Below are positions 9,246 to 16,181 of a stretch of DNA of 32,000 nt, piece after piece. This DNA comes from Candidatus Annandia pinicola (GTDB lineage Bacteria; Pseudomonadota; Gammaproteobacteria; Enterobacterales; Enterobacteriaceae_A). Location: the NCBI RefSeq assembly GCF_020541245.1, contig NZ_CP045876.1, positions 150,001-182,000 of the forward strand, read 5' to 3'. Position numbers and translations under genes: made by a program. Every line of letters starts with the position of its first letter. Positions within the stretch are counted from its first letter, which is position 1. The notes under the pieces are model-generated. The model saw only the letters and a program-made list of their open reading frames with translations, was not told the DNA's origin and ran no database searches.

Positions 9246-9941
9246 AAGTATATAATTAAAAAATTCAACTAAAGAAGCAAAAAATATAATGCTATATAAA
9301 TAACTTTTAGGTATATAAATACTAAAACCACTTAATACTAAATTTATACCCATTAATAAAAGAAAACTTAAAAATAAAAGAACTACATTAGGATTATCAT
9401 TTAAAAAAATAACTATTTTTTTAGATAAAAAGAAAATAATAATCATTACTATTAATATTGATAAAAAAATAATCCATATATTATCAATAATCCCTATAGA
9501 AGTAATAATGGAATCAATAGAAAATAATGAATCTAAAAAAACTACTTGTGATATAACGTAATAAAAAAAATATTTATCATTTCTCTCCTTTATATTATCT
9601 TTTTTTTTATGATTTTTATTAATAAAATTATATATTTCTATAGAGGTTTTTATTAATAAGAAAAATCCTCCAAATAAAAATGTTAAATTTTTTATAGAAA
9701 AATTAAAACTTAATATATTTAATATTTTATTAAATTTAGAAGTCCAATAAACAATATATAATAATAAAAACCTAGCTAACATAGCTAATAAAATACCTAT
9801 ATTACTTGCTTTATCCCGTTTATTATACGGAAGTTTACTTATAATAATTGAAATTAATATTAAATTATCAATACTTAGTAACATTTCTAATAATACTAAA
9901 ATAATTAAATTAACTATTAAACTATATACTTCCAATACCAC
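8769..9941 (-). CDS. yoaE: TerC-family inner-membrane protein, YoaE orthologue with a non-homologous repetitive C-terminal tail
   Basis: 390 aa with a GTG start. Residues 1 to about 235 are collinear with the E. coli YoaE TerC domain (LLEMLLSIDNLILISII; VVFLDSLFSIDSIITSIG; YIPKSYLYSIIFFASLVEFFNYI vs HIPKGYLYAAIGFSIIIELFNQI). The remaining 155 aa or so are I/E/D/K repeats plus a polybasic stretch, where E. coli has CBS and CorC domains. Confidence 0.85.
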   Translation of the reverse strand: MVLEVYSLIVNLIILVLLEMLLSIDNLILISIIISKLPYNKRDKASNIGILLAMLARFLLLYIVYWTSKFNKILNILSFNFSIKNLTFLFGGFFLLIKTSIEIYNFINKNHKKKDNIKERNDKYFFYYVISQVVFLDSLFSIDSIITSIGIIDNIWIIFLSILIVMIIIFFLSKKIVIFLNDNPNVVLLFLSFLLLMGINLVLSGFSIYIPKSYLYSIIFFASLVEFFNYILRYKIKNKKYIEDNKKIENDIEDSKKIEDNIKEYDIKEIKSIEDDIEKYDIEENKIIKDNIEEHDMEYKKIIEDNIENKKKIEYNIEENKKTEKVIEEKKCEEVEKNIEKKYKKIKDDIKKRRKKKKRRFRKKKKREKKEENKNIEEVIERKKDKKIII

Positions 9942-9963
9942 TCCGTTTTTTTTTATTATTATT

Positions 9964-10004
9964 ATTATATAATATATTAATATATTATATAATATATTAA
10001 TATA
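9964..10004. repeat. Exact tandem duplication of a 20-mer
   Basis: ATTATATAATATATTAATAT occurs at 9964-9983 and again at 9984-10003, followed by the first base of a third copy. The 3' end of the repeat lies about 23 nt upstream of the yoaE GTG start. Confidence 0.85.
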
Positions 10005-10060
10005 GGGATTAAATAACTAAAAAAAATCAAAATTATATTATTATTATATATATTTTATAA

Positions 10061-10131
10061 ATAGTCTAAACTACAATATTATAAAATATATTTTTCAATA
10101 TATCATAATATTATTTTTAAGTTTAGACTAT
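10061..10131 (-). terminator. Long imperfect hairpin downstream of cspC (candidate terminator or RNA element)
   Basis: Outer 12-bp stem: ATAGTCTAAACT (10061-10072) pairs with AGTTTAGACTAT (10120-10131). Inner 8-bp helix: AATATTAT (10075-10082) pairs with ATAATATT (10105-10112). A further run of about 6 A:T pairs closes a TTTTCA loop. The element lies 56 nt beyond the cspC stop. The outer stem carries G/C, which is rare in local spacers. Confidence 0.4.
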
Positions 10132-10186
10132 ATTATATTTTATTATATAATATTATTTTCCCAAATTATTCATCTACTAATTATTA

Positions 10187-10396
10187 TTAAATAGAAACTA
10201 CATTTATAGCTGCTGGACCCTTTTGACCATCTTGGATTTCAAATTCAACATTTTGCCCTTCAGATAATGTCTTAAAACCATTACCCTGAATAGCCGAAAA
10301 GTGAACAAAAACATCTTTACTTCCATCAGCTGGAGTAATAAATCCAAAACCCTTAGACTCGTTAAACCATTTAACTTGACCTTTAATTTTTGTCAT
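10187..10396 (-). CDS. cspC: Cold-shock-domain protein CspC
   Basis: 69 aa: [69 protein letters not shown]. It differs from my recalled E. coli CspC at only about five positions and is clearly closer to CspC than to CspE or CspA. RNP1 (KGFGFI) and RNP2 (VFVHF) motifs are present. Confidence 0.96.
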   Translation of the reverse strand: MTKIKGQVKWFNESKGFGFITPADGSKDVFVHFSAIQGNGFKTLSEGQNVEFEIQDGQKGPAAINVVSI

Positions 10397-10514
10397 TTTA
10401 AAATTCCTTGCACTTATTTAAAAAAAATAAAAAAACTAATTTATTATTAAATATTAAACATTTATATTACAATATAAATGATATAGATGTAATAATAACA
10501 CTTATTGAAATAAA

Positions 10515-10543
10515 ATTATATCATTATAAAATAAAATAGTCAA
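10515..10543 (-). promoter_or_regulatory. Consensus-like sigma70 promoter for cspC
   Basis: On the minus strand, TTGACT (10543-10538) is followed by exactly 17 nt and then TATAAT (10520-10515). The predicted TSS is near 10508, giving a 5' UTR of about 110 nt before the ATG at 10396. Confidence 0.55.
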
Positions 10544-10641
10544 ATGTTTTTTTAATTTAAATATTGTACTTAATAAAATAATATTTTATCAATAATCTAA
10601 ATATTAATTTAATAATAGATATATAACAAAATTATTTAATA

Positions 10642-12066
10642 TTAATAATTTTTTATTTCTATACCAGCATGATATTTATATAGTTTTTGATTACTCTTTT
10701 TCCAGGAATTTATAATACTATCTATCCATAACCAAGATAATTCAATTTCATTTTTATTTACAAATAAACTTTGAGAATTATTAATTACTTCTAATAAAAG
10801 GCGCTCATATGAATCATATATATAATCATAATTAAATGATTTTTTATAATCAAAGTTTAAATTTACTTCTTTTAATAAAAATTCAGATTCTAAATTAGGA
10901 ACTTTATTCATTATATTAATATCTATACTTTCTTTATTTTGTAAGTTTATTATTATCTTATTATTATATATTTTTTTTATATATTTATTAAATATATTAA
11001 TAAATGGTTTTTTTAGATAAATAATAATTTCTGATTTTTTTTTATTTAATCTTTTTCCTGTATTTAAATAAAATGGAACTCCTGACCATTGAAGATTATC
11101 TATATATGTACATATTGATATAAAAGTTTCTGTTTTACTATTTTTATTAGCCCCCAATTCTTCTAAATAACCTGGAACTATTTTACCATTTACTACACCA
11201 TTAATATATTGTCCTTTTATAGTATATTGTTTTATATTATTTATATCAATTTTTCTCAAAGACTTTAATACATTAATTTTTTCATTTTTTATATTTTTAC
11301 TACTAAAATTATTTGGTTGTGACATAGCAATAATACTTAATAACTGTAGAAGATGATTTTGTATCATATCTCTTGTTTGACCAATATTATCAAAATAATT
11401 CCATCTTCCCTCAATACCTATTTCTTCATATATATTTATATAAATACTTTCAATAAAATTATTATTCCAAATATTTAAAAATAATGTATTAGCAAATCTT
11501 AAAACAAATAAATTTAATACTGTTTCTTTACCTAAATAATGGTCTATATAAAATATTTGTTTTTCTTTAAAATATTTATTTATTTCTTTATTTATTATTT
11601 TAGAAGTGTTAAATGAATTTCCAATAGGTTTTTCAACTATTATACGTACATTTTCATGATTTAAATTAATATATGTTAAACCTTTACATATATTTTTAAA
11701 TATTTTAAATGGAACTGCAAAATAACTAATAATTATTTTATTTTTACAATTAATTAATTTTTTAATCTTTATAAAATCTTGAATATTATTAATATCTAAA
11801 TTAATAAATAATATTCTTTTAATTAATCTGTTAAATACATTAATATCAATACAAGAATTTAGAAAGCTAATTAAAGAATAATAAATAAAACTAATATATT
11901 TTTTTTTATCCCAATTAGCTCTACCAATACCAATAATATTATCATTATTTTTTAAATAATTATTTTTTTCTAAATTATATAATGCAGGAAATAATTTTCT
12001 ACGAGCTAAATCACCTTTAGTTCCAAAAATTAATAAATCATAAGATTTATTATTTATATTATTCAT
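10642..12066 (-). CDS. zwf: Glucose-6-phosphate 1-dehydrogenase
   Basis: 474 aa. Motifs: LLIFGTKGDLARRKLFPALYNL (NADP-binding site), EKPIG, IDHYLGKE (active-site motif), RWNYFDNIGQTRDMIQNHLLQLL. Confidence 0.95.
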   Translation of the reverse strand: MNNINNKSYDLLIFGTKGDLARRKLFPALYNLEKNNYLKNNDNIIGIGRANWDKKKYISFIYYSLISFLNSCIDINVFNRLIKRILFINLDINNIQDFIKIKKLINCKNKIIISYFAVPFKIFKNICKGLTYINLNHENVRIIVEKPIGNSFNTSKIINKEINKYFKEKQIFYIDHYLGKETVLNLFVLRFANTLFLNIWNNNFIESIYINIYEEIGIEGRWNYFDNIGQTRDMIQNHLLQLLSIIAMSQPNNFSSKNIKNEKINVLKSLRKIDINNIKQYTIKGQYINGVVNGKIVPGYLEELGANKNSKTETFISICTYIDNLQWSGVPFYLNTGKRLNKKKSEIIIYLKKPFINIFNKYIKKIYNNKIIINLQNKESIDINIMNKVPNLESEFLLKEVNLNFDYKKSFNYDYIYDSYERLLLEVINNSQSLFVNKNEIELSWLWIDSIINSWKKSNQKLYKYHAGIEIKNY

Positions 12067-12145
12067 TTTAAAAATTCCAAAAAAAATTTATATTTTATCA
12101 TTTATATATTATAAATAATTTTTTTAAAATAGATTAATATTTTAA

Positions 12146-13090
12146 TTAACATTTAGTAGCCATTATTATTACTCTTAAAGGAATATTATGATTTTTATTT
12201 TTAATATTTAAGCATGATTTATTTAAAATCCATTTAGTATTTCTTTGTTCTTTAACGTTAATATAGCGATAATTTATAATTCTAATATTTTCAAATTTAC
12301 ATTTTATTAATATTTTTTTTAATAATATTATAGATGGTATAAACCAAATATTTTTCATATTTAAATATTTTTCTATAGGTAATATTATTGTGTTATCTTT
12401 TTTTAAAGTTACTAAAGTTTCTAAAATTAATTCACCACCATTCAATAAATTTTTTCTTATTTTTATTATATGATTAAATGGTGATTTTAAATGATATAAT
12501 AAACCCATAGAAAATACAATATTAAAAGCTTCAATTTTTTTTATAATATTAAAGTTTAATGGTATCATATGTATATTATTATAATTTCCAACTAATTTAC
12601 GTATAACTTCAAATTGAAAAAAATATAATGGAATATTTTCTATACCTATTATGATCTTAGACCCCATACCTAACATTCGCCACATGTAATATCCATTATT
12701 ACAACCTATATCTAATACTAAATCTTTTTTAATATTTTTAACATAAGGTTTTATAATACTCCATTTCCAATCTGAACGCCATTCAGAATCAATATTTATT
12801 CCATACAAATAAAATGGCCCCTTTTTCCAAGGTAACAACTTAAATAATAACTTCTTTATTATATTTTTTTTTTTTTTTTTTAAATTATTACAAACAATTA
12901 TACTATTTTTTAAATCTAAATATTTTGGTTTAACAATAGGAATATTATTCAAAATATAAAAAAGTTTTTTAAAATTAACATTATTAATGTTATTATTATA
13001 CCATTGTAGAATTTGTGTTGGTAAAGTGTTTAACCAATTATGTAATGGAGTATTTATAATAGTTTTATAAAAATAATTAAAATTAAACAT
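12146..13090 (-). CDS. cmoB: tRNA U34 carboxymethyltransferase
   Basis: Collinear with E. coli CmoB (LLPWKKGPFYLYGINIDSEWRSDWKW; LDIGCNNGYYMWRM; FSMGLLYHLKSP; GGELILETLV). I place the start at ATG 13090 (MFNFNYFYKTI..., aligning with E. coli MIDFGNFYSLI). It is preceded by a GGGGGA run at 13110-13105, which lies 12 nt upstream of the ATG. The ORF-track start at 13132 is a TTG that would overlap cmoA by 14 nt. Confidence 0.9.
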   Translation of the reverse strand: MFNFNYFYKTIINTPLHNWLNTLPTQILQWYNNNINNVNFKKLFYILNNIPIVKPKYLDLKNSIIVCNNLKKKKKNIIKKLLFKLLPWKKGPFYLYGINIDSEWRSDWKWSIIKPYVKNIKKDLVLDIGCNNGYYMWRMLGMGSKIIIGIENIPLYFFQFEVIRKLVGNYNNIHMIPLNFNIIKKIEAFNIVFSMGLLYHLKSPFNHIIKIRKNLLNGGELILETLVTLKKDNTIILPIEKYLNMKNIWFIPSIILLKKILIKCKFENIRIINYRYINVKEQRNTKWILNKSCLNIKNKNHNIPLRVIIMATKC

Positions 13091-13118
13091 TATTTTAAAT
13101 ATCCCCCAAAAAAAAAAC

Positions 13119-13850
13119 TTATTTAAAAGCAATTATAGAACAAAAATTTAAATACTGAAAATAAGAACTATAACATTTAAATCCTGCTTTTTTTAATCTA
13201 TTTTTATGTATATTAATACTATCTAATAACATAGTTTTTTTTAATAAATTTTCTTTATTAAAAATTTCTATCTTATTGTAGTTATTTAAAAATTTAAATT
13301 CATGGTAAATTTTAGAAATAATATTATTTATTTTTTTATCTTTAATATAAATTTTTTCAGATAAAATAAAAATACCATTATAGTTTAATCCATTATATAT
13401 TCTATTAATTATTTTTTGTCTATCTTTTTTATCAATGAATTGTAAAGTAAAATTTAAAATTACTAATGATGCATTTTTTATAATTACATTTTGTATTTCT
13501 GATTTCAATATTTTAATAGGTAAATAATTATAATATTTATTAAATATATAATTTATTTTCTCTATCATATAAGATGAATTATCTATAGCAATAATTTTAT
13601 ATTTAATATTTTTAGGTATGTATTTTCCTATTAAAAAAGTAGTATTACCCGTTGAACAACCTAAATCATAAACATTAGTATTATACTTTACTACATATTT
13701 AGCTAAAATACTTATAATCCATTTGATATCATTATATCCAGGTATAGATCTTTGTATCATATCAGGAAATGCTTTCGAAACTTCGTTATTAAAAGACCAC
13801 TTTTTAATTTTATTTTTAATCTTAAAAAAAATTTTATCTTTTTCAAACAT
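13119..13850 (-). CDS. cmoA: Carboxy-S-adenosyl-L-methionine synthase
   Basis: 243 aa, collinear with E. coli CmoA (FPDMIQRSIPGYNDI; VYDLGCSTGNTT; IIAIDNSSYMIEK; LVILNFTLQFI; FILSEK). It lies directly upstream of cmoB, as in E. coli. Confidence 0.92.
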   Translation of the reverse strand: MFEKDKIFFKIKNKIKKWSFNNEVSKAFPDMIQRSIPGYNDIKWIISILAKYVVKYNTNVYDLGCSTGNTTFLIGKYIPKNIKYKIIAIDNSSYMIEKINYIFNKYYNYLPIKILKSEIQNVIIKNASLVILNFTLQFIDKKDRQKIINRIYNGLNYNGIFILSEKIYIKDKKINNIISKIYHEFKFLNNYNKIEIFNKENLLKKTMLLDSINIHKNRLKKAGFKCYSSYFQYLNFCSIIAFK

Positions 13851-13966
13851 TGTTTAATCCAAATTTATATTATCATATTATAACTCATTATATTAATTTT
13901 ATAAAAATATGTACACTTTTAATTATTTATAAAAGATAAAACAACTATAATACTTTAATTAATTAA

Positions 13967-15727
13967 TTAAGTTATAGATATGTTTAATTCTTTTAATAAT
14001 ATTTTATTAATATAATTAGGGGTATTACTTAATAAACAATTATAATTATGAGTTTTTGGAAATGGTATAACATCTCGAATATTCTCAGTATTAGTTAATA
14101 ACATAACCAAACGATCTAAACCTAAGGCAATACCAGAATGAGGTGGGGTTCCAAATTTAAGAGCTTCTAAAAAAAAACCAAATTTATTATCAATTTCTTT
14201 TTTGCTTATACCTATTAAATTAAATATAACTTTTTGTATTTCAAAATTATTTATTCTCACTGAACCTCCACCTATTTCATAACCATTAATTACTATATCA
14301 TAAGAATCAGAAATAATATTTTTATAATTATTTTTTAAATCTTTAATTTCTATTTTATTATTAATAGGATTAACAAAAGGATGATGCATAGGAGATATTT
14401 TTTTTTTTTTATTTAATTTAAACATTGGAAAATTAATTATCCATAAAGGTTTAATAATATTTTTATCAATTATGTTTAAATCTTTTCCCAGTTTATTACG
14501 TAGATAACATAATGATTTTGTAACTATATCTTTTTTATCTATACAAAAAAAAATTAAATCGTTTTTTTTAGCATTTAAAAATTTTATGATTTTTTTAGTT
14601 TTATCTAAAGATAAATATTTGCAAGAATTATATATTTTTATAATATCATTATTATAATTTTTAAATTTTATATAAAAAAGTTTTTTTAAACCATATTTCA
14701 ATAGTATTTTAGAATAAAAATTAATTTTATTATTATTTAAAATATTATTTTTAGAAACTAATATTGCTGTTATTCTAATATTTTTATTTTTAATAATTTC
14801 AGGATAAATTTTTTTTATTTCATCTAAATGAAATAAATGATTAATATCTATTAATTTAAGAGGATTTCTTAAATCAGGTTTATCTGATCCATAAAATTTT
14901 ATTGCATCATAAAAACTTAATACATTAAATTTTTTAATTTTAATTTTTTTTATATTCCAAAATAGTTTTTTTATCATATTTTCAATAAATTTTCTAATTT
15001 GAAAAGAACAACTAAATGAAGATTCAATATCTATTTGAGTAAATTCTGGTTGTCTATTAAATCTTAAATCTTCATCTCTAAAACATTTAGCAATTTGATA
15101 ATATTTATCTAACCCTGAAATCATTAATAATTGTTTAAATAGTTGAGGTGACTGAGGTAATGCATAAAACTTGCCTTTATTTATTCTGCTTGGAACTATA
15201 AAATCACGAGCCCCTTCTGGTGTTTCTTTGTTTAAAATTGGAGTATCAATGTTTAAAAAACCATTTGAATTCATAAAATTATGAATAAAATTATTAATTT
15301 TAGACCTAACTTTAATTCTTTCTATCATATATTTACTTCTTAAATCTAAATATCTATATTTTAATCTAATTTTCTCATTATTTTTAACGTTAATATTTAA
15401 AGGTAAAGATTTTGATCTATTTAAAATAATTAATTTTATTGCATATATTTCAACATTACCATTATATATATTATAATTTATATTTTTTTTATTACGATGA
15501 TGTATAACTCCAATTATTTGAATACAAAATTCTTTTCTAAGTTCATTGGCTTTATTAAATAAAATTTTATTATTTTTATTAAATAATACTTGTATTATAC
15601 CTTCACGATCACGTAAATTAATAAAAATTATATTACCTAAGTTACGAAAATTATTAACCCAACCAAATAATTTTATTATTGAACCTATTTTTTTATATTT
15701 AATACTATTAGTATAATTAGTTATCAT
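13967..15727 (-). CDS. aspS: Aspartate--tRNA ligase
   Basis: 586 aa. N-terminal OB fold ([28 protein letters not shown] vs E. coli [28 protein letters not shown]). Class II motifs: [38 protein letters not shown]. Confidence 0.96.
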   Translation of the reverse strand: MITNYTNSIKYKKIGSIIKLFGWVNNFRNLGNIIFINLRDREGIIQVLFNKNNKILFNKANELRKEFCIQIIGVIHHRNKKNINYNIYNGNVEIYAIKLIILNRSKSLPLNINVKNNEKIRLKYRYLDLRSKYMIERIKVRSKINNFIHNFMNSNGFLNIDTPILNKETPEGARDFIVPSRINKGKFYALPQSPQLFKQLLMISGLDKYYQIAKCFRDEDLRFNRQPEFTQIDIESSFSCSFQIRKFIENMIKKLFWNIKKIKIKKFNVLSFYDAIKFYGSDKPDLRNPLKLIDINHLFHLDEIKKIYPEIIKNKNIRITAILVSKNNILNNNKINFYSKILLKYGLKKLFYIKFKNYNNDIIKIYNSCKYLSLDKTKKIIKFLNAKKNDLIFFCIDKKDIVTKSLCYLRNKLGKDLNIIDKNIIKPLWIINFPMFKLNKKKKISPMHHPFVNPINNKIEIKDLKNNYKNIISDSYDIVINGYEIGGGSVRINNFEIQKVIFNLIGISKKEIDNKFGFFLEALKFGTPPHSGIALGLDRLVMLLTNTENIRDVIPFPKTHNYNCLLSNTPNYINKILLKELNISIT

Positions 15728-15767
15728 AAAATATACCTATTATTTAATAAATATATTACATTTTTAT

Positions 15768-16115
15768 TTATATTGTAACATTATTAAAACTAGAACCACA
15801 ACCACAAGTAATTTTTGCCTTAGGGTTATTAAAACAAAATTTTTTGTTCAAACCATCTTCTACAAAATCTATTTCCATACCATCTATTAAATGTATTTTA
15901 TTTTTTTTTACATATATATTTATATTTTTGTTATTAAATACTATATAATTTTTATATATTTTTTCTATAATATTTAATTTATATTTGAAACCCATACATC
16001 CTGAATATTTAATATCTATTTTAATTCCTTGAAATTTATTATTCAATAAATTTTTTATTTGTTTTTCAGCTTTTTTAGAAATAGTAATACCAATTAAATT
16101 ATTTTTTTTTTTCAT
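15768..16115 (-). CDS. A-type iron-sulfur cluster carrier (HesB/IscA/SufA/ErpA family)
   Basis: 115 aa with the three family cysteines (SGCMGFKY ... CGCGSSF). LIDGMEIDFVEDGLNKKFCFNNPKA resembles E. coli SufA/IscA ([24 protein letters not shown]). The paralogue cannot be assigned by eye. Confidence 0.85.
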   Translation of the reverse strand: MKKKNNLIGITISKKAEKQIKNLLNNKFQGIKIDIKYSGCMGFKYKLNIIEKIYKNYIVFNNKNINIYVKKNKIHLIDGMEIDFVEDGLNKKFCFNNPKAKITCGCGSSFNNVTI

Positions 16116-16181
16116 TTTAATATTAAAATAATTTTTTAAATTATTAAAAAAATTATTTTATTTATATAAAATAATTATTTT

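Noticed and set aside
8815-9272. Two plus-strand ORFs (142 aa and 71 aa) made of Phe, Leu, Ser and Ile
   Set aside because: They are antisense frames of the polypurine repeat tail of yoaE. They are open only because the strand is nearly stop-free by composition. The sense frame is contiguous with a bona fide TerC domain.
13091-13132. N-terminal extension of cmoB from a TTG start, overlapping cmoA
   Set aside because: The ATG at 13090 aligns with the E. coli CmoB N-terminus and avoids a 14-nt overlap. The 14 extra residues (MLLNKFFFWGIFKI) have no counterpart.
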